In this document: piece by piece, positions 39,311 through 52,236 of the stretch
Layout: each line of letters begins with the position of its first letter
Numbering within the stretch: the first letter of the stretch is position 1
Origin: Lytechinus pictus
Lineage: Eukaryota
Reading direction: 5' to 3'
Length of the DNA stretch: 64,000 nucleotides
Assembly (NCBI RefSeq): GCF_037042905.1
Contig: NC_087250.1
Coordinates: forward strand, 13,270,001-13,334,000
The notes under the pieces: model-generated
Databases searched by the model: none
What the model saw: the letters and a program-made list of their open reading frames with translations, nothing else
What the model was told of the DNA's origin: nothing
Program-made: the position numbers and the translations under genes

Positions 39311-40005
39311 ATGAAATTACACAAATGGTGTATTCTTATAAAAAAATACTACAGTGCGAGTAAAAAAAATGCACCTCACTAATCCCCAATTAAAGAAGAA
39401 ATATGTCATGAACACATAATTATAATATATGACCCCAAAAGAGTATTTTTTCCGAAATAACTTGACTTCATATTTAATTTGTATAGGTTTAAATGGGTTG
39501 AAAAATCAGGAGGTATCCCTTGCTGTGATGTAAATTTTTACTGGTGCAAAAGTAAGGCATGACTGCAATCAATGAATCCAGAAGTAAATGGTGTCATAAT
39601 TCGACAAGAGTTGCATTAAAATCCATCGCAAAACACCTTTTCAATGCCGTAATGAACAGAAATAATAAACTATTTCAGTATCAACTGTTATTTGCAATGG
39701 CTTTTACTGCATCTCATGTAAGACTATGACACAATGGGGGAATCTGGATATATATTTATTGAAGCCATGCCTTACTATATAGCGCAAATCAAATTTTGCA
39801 TCACAGTATAAAATAATACTTCACTTTGGAAAAGAAAATCTTGCATGCCATATAATAATTATGTGTTCATGACATTTTTCTTCTTAAATTTGTGATTTGT
39901 GAGATATAAAGTATTCTTTTTCAACTCGCACAGTATAGGGCATGATCAAATGGGGCGGGGGAACGTTCCATGACATTTGCTCTGGCAACTATTGCTACTT
40001 ACTGT

Positions 40006-40231
40006 AAGGGTTGAATTTTGCCTTATTTAATATAATTGTTTATTATACACTTTGCTTTCCATACTTCTCTTCACTTCCCATTTCTATGCCACCGCTGCCA
40101 CCAGAATAATGTCAGGTATGTGACAGAGAAACAGGTATGTGACAGAGGCATAGAAATGGGAAGTGAAGAGAAGTATGGAAAGCAAAGTGTATAATAAACA
40201 ATTATATTAAATAAGGCAAAATTCAACCCTT
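40006..40231. repeat. Perfect 85-bp inverted repeat with 56-bp spacer
   Basis: 40006-40090 is the reverse complement of 40147-40231. Confidence 0.92.
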
Positions 40232-40471
40232 GCATACAACTGTTTTTCCAGAGGTGTATCATTGAACATTCGGCCACTCTACACTACGATTGAAAAACCT
40301 GCACATAAAGCCAAACATAAAACCTAACCTCCGTCCTCCAAAACTAAATAAAACTTAATCATTATCTTTACATTATTCTGAACCGAAAACTCAATTAAAA
40401 TCCTAACTCTAACCCTATGCCCTCTGAGATATGAAGACCGGAGTAAATGTGGTGTCACCAAAAACACTTAC

Positions 40472-40602
40472 TCTCCACCGACAAACACATTGGAATAAAC
40501 TTCATTGATTGGGTTGCGTGGTAATGCGATCACGATGGAACCTTTCTTCATGATCTCCTCCAGCTCATCAATGCTGCATAATGGCGTTTCATCTGTTGCC
40601 AT
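40472..40602 (-). CDS. DUSP3: Atypical dual-specificity phosphatase (DUSP3/VHR-like), coding exon 1
   Basis: ACCATGG start context; MATDETPLCSIDEL...PINEVYSNVFVGGE; GTAAGT donor, phase 2; acceptor 26 nt upstream of the ATG. Confidence 0.88.
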
Positions 40603-40755
40603 GGTAATATGATCTCCCAAATGATTTCCTAACACAGAAGTGAAAAAAATGTATATGTATTTGACAATGACTTTAATAGCTTCTTCTTGATAAAACTGTA
40701 AAAGTAGTATAGGGACTGTATCTACATGCTCATGTATATAACAGGATGATGATGA

Positions 40756-40799
<44 letters not shown>

Positions 40800-41435
40800 A
40801 TAATAATAATAATAATAATGCACCATTTATATAGCACTTAAAGGGGAACTCCGGGATGAAATATTTATACGTTATGTAAATAAATAGAGTCAAATTCACA
40901 GAGCAAAATGCTTAAAATTTCATAAAATTCTGTAAATGAAGTCATTGAATTTTAGAGTTTAGCAATATTTTGTGAAAATAGTCATATTTGCACATCATCA
41001 TGAATATTCATTAGGTGAGCTGATGATGTCACATCCCCACTTTCCCTTTTCTAATATGAAATCATAATTGTTTCATTTTTTCATATATGTATGTGTGAAT
41101 GATACGTCTCTTACAATAAAGAAGTTGCAGCAATAATGCACTAAAATCAATTGTTAATCCTTGTTTTAGGAAAAAAAAATGAATAAACCTAATTTCATAC
41201 AATAAAATACAAAAGAAAAAGTGGGAATATGACATCATCAGTTTGTTCATTGATTATTCATGAGGACATAACTATTAACTGTAACCGTTTTGCTGGAATA
41301 ATGCAAATCTTTTATGCCACATCTTCGTTATTCCTTTTCCGATTTCGATCAAATTTTCAGTGTTATGTTTGTCTGATTATTTTCAGCCTGCAGTAGTACC
41401 CCCTGAATACATTGTTTCTAAGCACTGCATACAAT

Positions 41436-41675
41436 GGGTGATTTCAAGTCCAGTGTTGGCCTTGGTGTTGGTGTTAGTGTTGAAATCTGGTTTGCTTCCC
41501 CTAGTTCCAAAACTAATTCAGATTTTGGAAAACTTATCCAGATCACATGATTGACATCTCAACAACTAGTGAGTGACTTTTCGGGACCATCTTCATGTAA
41601 TTTTTGGTGTTATAATCATGTAAAAATTGACCTAACACCAACACCAAAAGGTCAACACTGAACTTGAAATCACCC
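41436..41675. mobile_element. MITE with AAT TSD
   Basis: TIR GGGTGATTTCAAGT; homologous to 32573-32800. Confidence 0.85.
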
Positions 41676-42104
41676 AATATTATCCTGGCTATAGTACAGC
41701 TACAATGATCAGGTGCTATTTCAAGCATGGAGAGTGGAAAATGTAGATAAACGCCTTGCTAAAGGATGTGAGTGCCATGGTGGGATTTGAACCCCTGACC
41801 CTGAGGTTAGAAACCCAGATATTATCCACTGAACAACAATATTAGGTAAACTGGCCGATATTGGCGTAATTGCATGTACGTACTAAAACAACATCAACAT
41901 CAATTGCCTTGGCTTGAATTAAAACTGAGCAAACAAATATCAATATATATTATAAATAGATTCTCCTTATAATTATATAAGGATACAATTACAAAGACAA
42001 AGTGCTAAAGAAGTTCAAGATGTGCAATGTGCAAAACGTCGTGAAAATGACATGGATTTTACTTCAACTGCTGTGGAACGTCCTTAAAAGGTTGAAGTTA
42101 ATAC

Positions 42105-42300
42105 CTTAACTCGATCACTCAGGCTGGCAATGCCAATGGCTTCTTTCAAATTGTAAGCCGGCTACATACACCAACGGCTAAAGACCCACTGCACCCCGGA
42201 GCAGGGCTGGCGCCGGGACAGCTCAGGCGTGATGGAGACTGTCGAGGCAGCGCTGATCAGTCAGACTCGAAGTCGATCGTCGAAGACGGAATTACGGAAG
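42105..42300 (-). other. Probable non-coding first exon of the DUSP3-like gene
   Basis: GC/CpG-richer unique segment ending in an AG|GTATTA donor on the - strand; the coding exon has an upstream acceptor, so a 5' exon is expected; 5' boundary uncertain. Confidence 0.5.
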
Positions 42301-42575
42301 TGCATAAATAATCCTGATTTTCCTTCCTCTTTTCTGTATTGTAGATTAACAATAACCCCTACTGCACGACAGTCTGATATTCAATTAAAGTTATTAATCT
42401 TTGAAACGTGTCCACTTCCACGACAATTTGTTTCTTGTGAAGAAATTTGCGTGTCCATTGTAACATGCTAAAAATAAACATACCGGTAATTAATCGACGA
42501 ATATTTTGCACAAAGTGGGCGTGGTCAATCAGCTCGCAGATATCGGCCCGCCCCTTGCCAAGGCTGCGCACCCCG
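42285..42575 (-). promoter_or_regulatory. Putative DUSP3-like promoter
   Basis: ACGGAAGT ETS-type motif near 42294, GGGCGTGG and CCCGCCCC GC boxes near 42517 and 42547, locally CpG-rich. Confidence 0.4.
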
Positions 42576-43026
42576 TATCAATATCCATCGAATTCCTGCA
42601 AACAGATATAGCTATAGTATTACTATTAATTACCCTAAAAGGCTAAAACCCATAAAATATCTTACGGATTTGAATTAAATATGCCTAATCTTAATCAACA
42701 CCATGCACCGATATAATATATATATATAATAATAATTATTACAATATGTATATATATTATCATTACAATTATTACAATGATTTTAAACGTAAAAAATAGC
42801 GTTCTTATTTGTCAATTTTAAAATAGTTAATGATTAGCATACAAAATAACTGAACGATTAATTAAACACATAGGATTGTTTATTTAATTAAGAGCCGTTT
42901 AAGCACTAACTACTAATTTGAAAAGAGTTGGCCTATATCCAGAAATTGTTCAGCCCACTCTATCATACTATGCTTGAGAAGCTATTTTATATAAACAAGA
43001 CAAAATAAGCATGCAGAGATAAATAA

Positions 43027-43081
<55 letters not shown>

Positions 43082-43867
43082 TGTATGTATGTATATATAT
43101 ATATTACAAAGGCAAGATTTATAGTGTATGCCACCATTCCATTTCATAGTCATAGTATAACGCTTGTCTGTTACAAACAAGCGTTACTATGACTACAAGT
43201 ATAGTTGTTTCTGTGAAGGGCGCGCTTCCACAGCCAGTCATCATAGCAACATCTGTCTGAGGATGCACTCTCTGATTGATCTGACACCACACATTGTAAA
43301 CTCCTGAAGAAGACCGTCGAAAATTCGAGTGAACAATAAAAACGTTATTGGCAATTAAGCATTATCATCAGCATTATTTTGTTACTTTACCGAAGCCAAT
43401 ACGTGAAACTTTAAGATATATATAGTATCATTTCTATCAGGGTTCTTTTCCTAAGATAATTAAAGAGGTAAACATTGATTAAACAAAATTGTATTTAGTT
43501 TTGTTATAATGCCCCTTGTACACGCTTTAATAAAAACGTCAATAGTAATAATAATAATTAATAGGCATTTATATTTTGACATCTATCTATAGAAAATAAT
43601 CTTCTCCTCGGTGCATTGTTATTATCATTAGTATAGGCTACCCCCAGCTTATATAAGCTCATTCAGGCAGCCTTCCAGCGCTCGATCAGTGCATTTCAAT
43701 GAATTAAATCATGCTGGTAGTAGGCCTACCCATTCGCCTTACCTGGATTTCTAGACTCAAGGACTGACTACACGCCATGGCGGGAATTCGAACCCACGTC
43801 CCTCTGATTGAGAGACGAGAGTTGTAACCACTATCACTTTTCGCCACTCGCACTTCACCATTTCTGT

Positions 43868-44278
43868 GTTTTCGCCCAGCGTCGTACGACGCTATCAACG
43901 ACGTAGAACGATCTCTTGGTTCGTGCGTCCGTCGCGCTCAACTCTCGCTTGTAAGCAGTTTCGCAAATCGCTGATCGCGGCCGGATCGTTTTGAAGCTTT
44001 CAGCTATCAGTGCAGTGTAGTCAGAGTAGAGTACAACATGTGCATATGCACGCGATGGGCGAATGTTTACATCGGCTCAGCTTGCTCACTCTACAAGCGA
44101 TCTGATTGGCTGTTGACGGCTGTTGACAAATCCTACGTTCTAATGCGGACGCCCGCTAATTTGCGGAAGAACCGTCCGTGATTTGAGCTCAAGATCGCTT
44201 GGGCCTCTGTTTCCATGGAAGTTGGCAATTTTTGCACACGACCCTTACGTTCTACGTCGTACGACGCTGGGCGAAAAC
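43868..44278. mobile_element. CpG-rich MITE
   Basis: Perfect 24-bp TIR GTTTTCGCCCAGCGTCGTACGACG. Confidence 0.8.
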
Positions 44279-44285
44279 CAGCTAT

Positions 44286-45110
44286 ATGGCCACCGCACGC
44301 ACTTACGACTGTTCGCGATCCGATTTTGGAACAAATCGTAAGTTGCTCATTTTCTGAAAATGTGAATGGAATATATCATTTTATTTGAGGTTAGAATTAA
44401 TTGAAAAATACTAATATAACCATTTTGAAAGATTGCAAGCCTTTATTTCGGAGTAAAAGCCAAAATAGTTTCAAATCGTAGCCAATCGTACGACTGCTAT
44501 ATATGACGTCATTACGACTAGATATTAAATTCGCCTTTATTCTAAGAAGAATGATAGCATAGTCACAGATTTGAACATATAGGTATTCGTACGATGATTT
44601 AGAACATTACACCAGGGGCGGATCCAGCTTTTTATAAAGGGGGGGGGTTGGGGTGGTATGCGAGGGAGCGTAGCGACCGAGTCCAAGCGAGCGGATCGAG
44701 CGAGGGGGGAGGGTGTGGGAGGGGGGTGTCCCCCCTCCCACAGTAGGGAAAATTTTTGAAAATCTGTGTGTGAAAATGGCGTTTTCTTGCATCTAAAACA
44801 CCACTCTTTTTGGTATAGAGGTCGTTGCCAAATTATAATAATAATAATGATAATATAATAATAAATGAAATAAATACATAGAAATAGAATAAAATATAAT
44901 TACAAGTTTAAAAAAAAAGATAAGATTAAAAAAAATGGTCCCCGGATTTTTTTTTTTTTGGGGGGGGGGGGTTGCAACCCCCCCAACCCCCCCTCTAGAT
45001 CCGCTTCTGTACACAGTAAGATATTCCAAGTCTCAATGTTAGCATCAAATTCAACTACATTTTATTCTGAAATCGGGTCGCAGACCAATCGTAAGGTGTG
45101 CAGTCGCCTT
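44286..45110. mobile_element. Harbinger-like MITE (copy of 20094-20493) carrying a nested insertion
   Basis: Colinear with 20094-20493 apart from the 44613-45009 insert. Confidence 0.85.
44613..45009. mobile_element. Nested MITE with 5-bp TSD
   Basis: TIR CAGRRGCGGATC; TACAC duplicated; empty site GAACATTACACAGTAAG seen near 20405. Confidence 0.88.
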
Positions 45111-45504
45111 TAGAGCTGCCGTTATGCCACATCCATACCTATTTTGAACAGTGTCCCGTCATTACCTCATGCACCTACTGTTTATCTACCCAACCTGTTT
45201 TTTCCCCAGGATGCAATAGTTGTGTCATTTTGATTCTTACAAACATTTAAACCATGTTTGCCCCCCCCCAAAAAAAAATATATATATATATATATATAAT
45301 AATACATAAAATAGAAAAAAAAAATAATTTCAATATAAATCGTTACACATCTTTTTTTTTTTTCTCAACAGAGATTAATGAATATCATTTTTAGACCATT
45401 TTTTAGTTTAATAGTCCATTTTGATAGTATATCCTGGCTGCTATTGCTTCAAGCAGTTTTAGGCGTTTTATGATTTAGCTGGCCCCTAGCTGTAGCTCAC
45501 TCAA

Positions 45505-45586
45505 CTTTACTTTACTTTACTTTACTTTACTTTACTTTACTTTACTTTACTTTACTTTACTTTACTTTACTTTACTTTACTTTACT
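45505..45586. repeat. (TTTAC)n microsatellite
   Basis: About 16 perfect pentamer units. Confidence 0.95.
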
Positions 45587-45885
45587 TTTTCTTTTGTCCT
45601 GAGGACCCATCACATGCATGCTTTGTGTAAAAAATTATTTGCCAGTATTATTTATCTCTATGATTGTCACACTTAAAATAAATTCATCTATATTTTTTTC
45701 ATTATGTGAACATGTTAATTTATTGATTGTGTAGTATAGTACACTGGCGAAGAGTTTTCATCCCCCGGGTGGGGGGGGGGGGGCAGTCAAACCATACCAT
45801 ATATACACATGTAGGTCCATGATTATAAAGAAAAACATGGTACCTATATAGCTAGCTGTTAATTGTAGAACAACTTGGTATACTT

Positions 45886-46500
45886 AGGTCAAGTGCACCC
45901 AGAAAACTGTTGATTTGAATAAATAGAGAAAAATCAAACTAAACTGAAACGCTGAAAATTTCATCAAAATCGGATGTGAAATAAAAAAGTTATGGCATTT
46001 TAAAGTTTCGCTTATTTTTCACAAAACAGTGATATATGCACAACTCAGTGTCATGCGAATGAGTCAGTCGATGATGTCCATCACTCACTATTTCTTTTGT
46101 TTTTTATTGTTTGAATTATACAATATTTCATTTTTTTTATAGATTTGACAATAAGGACCAAGTTGACTGAACCATATAGTATTAAACAATGCTAATTCCA
46201 CATTTTCAGGGAGGAACTTGTTTCACTTGAGAATGAGGAGAAAATTAGAATATTTCAGTTTCATATTATAAAATTCAAAAGAAATAGTGAGTGGATGATG
46301 TCATCATGCAGTCTCCTTATGTGCATATACCGACCAGGGTGTGTATATAACTGTTTTGTTAAATTAAGCGAAACTTTAAAATGTCATAACTTTCTTATTT
46401 TACATCCGATTTTGATTAAATTTTCAGTGTATATGCTTTTATATATGGCCGGATGTTTCTTTTTTATTCATAAAACTTTTTGTTGGTGTGGACTTGTCCT
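45886..46500. mobile_element. Kolobok-like MITE (copy of 17007-17616)
   Basis: Colinear high similarity to 17007-17616. Confidence 0.8.
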
Positions 46501-46632
46501 TTTATTTATAATATAATATTGGAGCAGCACCCACCTGTGGCGCCTCCTTCCTGGCAGCCCCTGTTATTGTTATTTTGTTTACATAGAAAACGAGAAAATC
46601 AGAGCCCAGCCCCAGCTCACGATAGTCATCAG

Positions 46633-46925
46633 GGGCCGATTGCTCGAAAGGGTCTTTCGTGTCGCCCATCTTTTATGATACGCTATGTGAAACGCATTTC
46701 AAATAAATTATCTGCAAATATTTATTTGTCCGTTAAAATAAACAAAATATTTGTTTATAAAATGATGTGATATCTCATGAAATTGTATAAAATTTGATTT
46801 AAAAGCAAGCTTACGAACTTTGTTTGTTTATCATAAATTTCAGAAACACCCCGCTTATAGCGCATCATAAAAGATGGGCGACACGAAAGACGGTCCTTGG
46901 AAAGACCCTTTCGTGCAATCGGCCC
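46633..46925. mobile_element. MITE immediately upstream of the PPP1R2 promoter
   Basis: GGGCCGATTGC-x-CGAAAGGGTCTTTC TIR; CAG on both flanks. Confidence 0.8.
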
Positions 46926-46984
46926 CAGTACCCCTGCAGGCACGTTTATACAATGTAAAATTTTAGCATCCAAAACAATTGCAC

Positions 46985-47073
46985 TCAGTGACGTCATCAT
47001 TAAACTGAAGACGACGCAATTCAACGGAAGTTCGAGTCCAATCTGTGTCTGTGATTGTGAAGCGAACATTGTC
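46985..47073 (+). promoter_or_regulatory. Putative PPP1R2 core promoter and 5' UTR
   Basis: Perfect CRE TGACGTCA at 46989-46996 and ETS-type ACGGAAGT at 47024-47031, just upstream of the ATG. Confidence 0.55.
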
Positions 47074-47156
47074 ATGGCAGAAAAACTCGAGGAACAACCC
47101 AAGAAAAGTATCTTAAAGCCAGCTAGGCATTTTGAAGACCCTGCAAATAGACCGGA
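47074..47156 (+). CDS. PPP1R2: Protein phosphatase inhibitor 2, exon 1 (SILK motif)
   Basis: GTCATGG start; MAEKLEEQPKKSILKPARHFEDPANRPE; GTAAGT donor, phase 2. Confidence 0.9.
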
Positions 47157-47664
47157 GTAAGTATTTCTATTTTCCCTTGTACAGTGAATAAAAGGCAGGA
47201 TTTGAAGTAGGTCTTCAATTTAATACTTTGTTAAGTCTAGTCCCACGTACTTCTTTTCACGTCCTCGATCTACAATGCGTATAAAAAAAACGGGAGTTTT
47301 GAAAATGAAGTCTATAAAAATTTGTTTGAAATTATGATATCTATATTTTGATGTAAATAGATGCTCTAAAATCTTATCTTTGAAATGCCATTTAAAAAGA
47401 TAAATTTTGTTCATGCTTGAGTGAACACGGAACGTTTTTGTCGGAGGTTCAAAAAAAGGCTTGCGCCAAAATGGCAGAAATGAGAAATTTGATGATCAGA
47501 CTTCTTGTCTTGCTATTCGACAGACTTCCTCTTAACCTTTTCATTATCTTTGCAATGATTTTCGAATTATGCTGGGGTCGTTTCATAAAGCTGATTGTAA
47601 TTTAAGAGCGACTTTAGAACGACTGGTGATCCTTTCTTGTGCCCGGTAAATGATCATTATTTAT

Positions 47665-48082
47665 CAGTAGAGGCGCTGGTCCAAAAACTGGGATTGTCCC
47701 AGAAAACAAGGATAATTAGGATATCCTCATAAACCAAGACAAATCATGTCTTGATAAATTGAGACTGTCCTTGTTTATGGGGACGTTTTTTTTTCACTTC
47801 TCCCTACGGGACAAAGACAGCAATTACGGAAATTGAGAGTGCTAAAAATAGATTCAGTGACCTCAATTCCCCCCAGTTCGCCGTCTATTTTTCATGACTT
47901 ACCGTCTTCCAATAATCTTGTTATGAAACCTGATATGTTTACATTGACTAGCACACTTGATTGGTGTGGCACTTGACAGGTGAATGAACTTTCCTAGATT
48001 TCTAGTGTGAAGAAATCCTTATAAACTGAGACAGTCCCTGTATTCTGGGACGATCCCAATTTTCTGACCAGCGCCTCTACTG
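47665..48082. mobile_element. MITE with 5-bp TSD nested in a CWG-family MITE (47572-48203)
   Basis: Perfect 17-bp TIR CAGTAGAGGCGCTGGTC; TTTAT on both flanks. Confidence 0.85.
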
Positions 48083-49647
48083 TTTATTGACCATAAAATG
48101 TTCATCATGATCATGTTCATTGTTGATAGCATAAGAAAGGTTCACCAGTCATTCTTAAACTTAGCCGCTCTTAAGTTACAGTACAAACAGCTTTATGAAA
48201 CTGAGTAGTACTAATAGATCGAACCTTGAACAGCCTCAAAAGCTATCTTGGGATGAAAACATTCTGTGTATCACCAGTGCGAGGTGCCATGGTGAGGTAA
48301 TTTGAAATTTTACTTACAGACTACATTAAGTGAGTGTGCAAGTAGCCAGGAGATTAATCTCCATGGAGCCAGGAACGGGATGTCATTGCTCTACACACAC
48401 TGAGCAATTGGACAACAATAATGTTGCTCCAAAATACTTGTTTTCTTTAGGGTTTTAAGCCCAAACTTATGTAAATGGGCTACAATATTGGTTTGCAACT
48501 TCTGGCCAAAATCGTTGGTGTCTTAGAACATTTACGCTTAATAGTACAGGAAAATATTAAAAATAGAGGAGTGTTTACTCACAGTCTGTTATTGTCATCG
48601 ACTCATCGTAGCAAAGCTACAAGATGCGTATATAGGGCGACAATATCATGAGCAGTGCCAACTTAGATTTTTTAAAAAATACTTGCATCGGCCGATAAAT
48701 ATCATGAATCGTAAAAACTAAAATACTTGCATCGTACGATACATGATATTTATCGGCCGATGCAAGTATTTTAATTTCATTTATGAGGAACAGACAATAC
48801 TTTTGGAGGTCTTCATAAGTACATGTAGGTCAATTATTGCTTTAGAAGACGTGATTCCCGACAAACAATCAAATGACTCGATTGTTCTTTCAGGAAATAA
48901 TCGAAAGGTAAAAATAACATTCCCAGGCCTAATATTCGGTGACGTGAATATTCATGAGGCATAGTCTGACTAAGCCCTATTGGGTACTGAGTCTGCCGAA
49001 TCAACGCCGATATAATCTGAACCAGATACAATATGCCCACGGCTCACCAGGCACCACATTTCCAACTATTGCGATCGGTAACGGCTGAAGATTCGACGAT
49101 CACGTCATGTCGAGATTGAAGCCGAAATACAGCTGTTCACAATCGCGATATTCAGAAAAGCGGTGGGCATATTGACCTTGAAATTTGTTTTGAGAGACTT
49201 GCTATGATATTATTTATTCATTTATTTGTTGATTAATTTATTCATTCTGTTTTATATTTATTTATCTATTATTTTTATTTTTTGGGGTACACACCAAAAA
49301 GATGGCATTTATTTTTCATTTTATTTTTATTATTATTATTTTTTTTTTTTGGGGGGGGGCACACCAAAAAGATAGCATCATACCCTCTCAGTTTCTTCTT
49401 TTGCCAGCACCATACAAATGGCATTAAAACCTTTTATTTATTTATTTATTTATTCATTCATTCATTTATTCATTGATTTTATTTTTCATTATTATGATGA
49501 TGATTATTTATTATTATTTTTTTTTTTTTGGGGGGGGGGGGGCGCACCAAAAAGATGGCATCATTCCCTCTCAGTTTGTTCTTTTGCCAGCACCATACAG
49601 ATGGCATTTGCATTTACATTGTTATTTATTTTTTGTCACCACCATAG

Positions 49648-49842
49648 GGATGGGATTAAGTGGGATGAGATGAACATCCTAGCAACGTACCATCCGGCTG
49701 ATAAAGACTATGGGCACATGAAGGTAGACGAACCGGACACTCCCTATAATGAATACATTGAGACGGAAGACGGTGAAGACGAGCACGATGGAATGAACGA
49801 GCATGCTGCAGCAACGCTCAACGCAACCGAACTCAACAAAAA
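49648..49842 (+). CDS. PPP1R2: Protein phosphatase inhibitor 2, exon 2
   Basis: ccatag acceptor, GTGAGC donor, phase 2-2; [31 protein letters not shown] is the hallmark I-2 block. Confidence 0.95.
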
Positions 49843-50536
49843 GTGAGCCCTGACTCAAGATTGAAAATGATATGAAGATTAATGATTTTGGATGATGATT
49901 GATAATTTTGTATGATGATGATGATGATAAGAATAACGATTATGAGAACAATAATAATTAGAATTGATACACAAAAGGAAAAGGAGAAAAGGGAAGAAAC
50001 AAAGAAAAAAGAGGAAAATAAAAAGAAGAATGTTTTAATTTATTCAATTTTAGCATAGGCCTTAATTTTATTTGTATTCTATAGGCCTACAGCCATCAGT
50101 AATCAACATCTGGCAAGCATTTGAATAGTGTAAAAAGTTGTGTTCAGTTGTTGAATGTTTGTAAACTGACTGAATGCTTTGATGGTTCAAGTTTTACTCC
50201 CAGGGCTATTGGTAACATAAGAAAAGTTATGATTACAAAAATTTACAATGGGAAATTAATCATGATTGGTATTAGTGCTGGGTGATATTTCAATTATGTG
50301 ATATTGACATAATATTGAAAATTTGATAATAGATGTTTCATGCACATCAATGTAACACTGTATGACCAAAATATTGTTGATTATCAAAAGTAAACTATTT
50401 ATTGACCAAAAATGCTGCTCTGGAAATTCTTTTAAACCAACTCAGAACTTTGTAAGTTGGTAAGCAAATGCCTTGTTTTTATGGACAGGCTCCGATGAAA
50501 GCGTTACTTTCATTTCCCCCTTCCCTGTTCTCAGAA

Positions 50537-50933
50537 GGGCCGTCAGCACCATCCCGAGTTTTCAAATTAGCACGCTATTTCAGATCCGGCAAATTATCTC
50601 GATCTGAACAATCTCGAGATTATTTGCAATGGAGACGCAATTAGCGCTAGTTCGTAGGATTAATCTCGAGATTGCAATCCAAGTCAACTTGGGATTATTT
50701 GCAAAATAGCGCGCTATTTTATGAATTATTGCGCTAATTCGTAGGTGCAGACGCACTCGTGATTATTTATTCACGGCATCAGACCATAATGCATCGATGC
50801 CTCGCTTGAGCAGGAATCGCTCTTCTTGCGATGGTGGAGACGGGGTTTCTTGAATCTCGAGATTAATTGCGAAGAGAGCCGATCGGGCTAAAATCTCGGG
50901 ATTGAGCAAACTCGGGATGGTGCAGCACCGCCT
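50537..50933. mobile_element. Harbinger-like MITE
   Basis: GCACCATCCCGAGTTT...AAACTCGGGATGGTGC subterminal inverted match; several TCTCGAGA palindromes. Confidence 0.7.
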
Positions 50934-51501
50934 AGTGAGTTGCAGCTCATAATTAGTCTGCAAGCAAAGACTCATATTTGACAATAACAGGTCGAGAGTA
51001 GAGACTAGACCACAAAGGCTCTTTCTGTGTCAAGAGCCAGTCACAGTACATACATGTACATTTACATAGTGAATCTAGTCTCACTACTCCAGACTCTATA
51101 TTATGCTCTATACATGATGAAGATGCGAATTGCAAAAACATGAATCTGTGCTTGCAAACTACATGTAGCTCATAATGTAGTAAATTTTCGGTCTCGACAA
51201 TGTATTGTGTTTTTAATATAAGGGTTATTTAATGTAGCTGGCGATAATCACAACATTGAAATCAAATGATAATAACGAAGTTCTTATATAGGCATTTCAG
51301 ACCTGTAAGGATTCTCAATGCACTTTACAGAAATGAAATTATTCAATAATAAGGAAGAAATTGCATACAATAACGTGTAAACAAGAAAGATATATAGATA
51401 GCAAAGCTCCAAAGAATCCAAACTTCAGCCGCAAGACGTGTCTCCAGATCCAAGAAACTACATCACAAAATAGATCAGTACGACTTGTTATTATTTTACA
51501 G

Positions 51502-51599
51502 ATTAGAGGGATCATCCAAGAAAAGATGGTGGGAAGAAGAGAATGCAGAGGAATCGAGTGAAGAAGATGAGGAAGAAGGATTGACAGAAGAAGTAAAAG
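51502..51599 (+). CDS. PPP1R2: Protein phosphatase inhibitor 2, exon 3 (acidic)
   Basis: ttttacag acceptor, GTACAG donor, phase 2-1; LEGSSKKRWWEEENAEESSEEDEEEGLTEEVK. Confidence 0.88.
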
Positions 51600-51627
51600 G
51601 TACAGTTCAAATGCATTCATGACAATT

Positions 51628-52013
51628 CGGTGGATTCACAATATGGTGCGCCATCTATCGGTTGTGCAGCGGACAGGCCAAATTTCTAACTTTGGGACCG
51701 ACATTGCGCACAGGCGCAGGCAGCACACAGTGCTAGTGCTTCAAAAATGAAAACCATATGGCAAGAATTCACCCAAAACGGTATAAATTTTGCAAAGAAA
51801 TGTGTGGGCAAATTTCTCTCCTACCTCCTGGACCCTAGTGAACTGCATATCCGGCCGAGCCGCGTCGGCCAGCGCTGATTAATCGCATGCATGCATTCAC
51901 TTTTGTACTAGCACGCACACCAGATGTTGACTTTTTCCCATGATGCATTGCAAATTTCGGCCTGTCCGCAGCAACTGATATAGCCTATGACACACCATAT
52001 TGTGTATCCACCG
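51628..52013. mobile_element. MITE at an AATT site
   Basis: TIR CGGTGGATWCACAATATGGTG; AATT on both flanks; empty-site analogue at about 52131-52150. Confidence 0.85.
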
Positions 52014-52062
52014 AATTTCATGATTAGTTATGTTACACTGCTTTGATTATTTTTACTCAAAG

Positions 52063-52236
52063 CTTGGATCAAGGGAAGAAGATGAAGAAGAAGCATTGAT
52101 TGAAGAAGTAAAGGTAAGTTCATATTTAATCATGACAATTCCATGATTAGTTATGTTAAACTGTTTTGGTCATTTTTACTTAAAGTTTGGATCAAGGGAG
52201 GAAGATGAGGAGAAGCGTTGATAAAATAAGTAAAAG
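52063..52236 (+). pseudogene. Two 51-nt duplicated pseudo-exons derived from the 3' half of PPP1R2 exon 3
   Basis: 52063-52113 and 52186-52236 resemble GAAGAAGATGAGGAAGAAGGATTGACAGAAGAAGTAAAAG plus donor; 123-bp period. Confidence 0.8.

Noticed and set aside
40603..40899. N-terminal poly-Leu/Val extension of the DUSP ORF
   Set aside because: Derived from a (TAG/TAT)n microsatellite upstream of a splice acceptor at 40629-40630; intronic
42229..42471. 80-aa + strand ORF in the DUSP promoter region
   Set aside because: No recognisable domain or splice partners; antisense to the probable DUSP first exon
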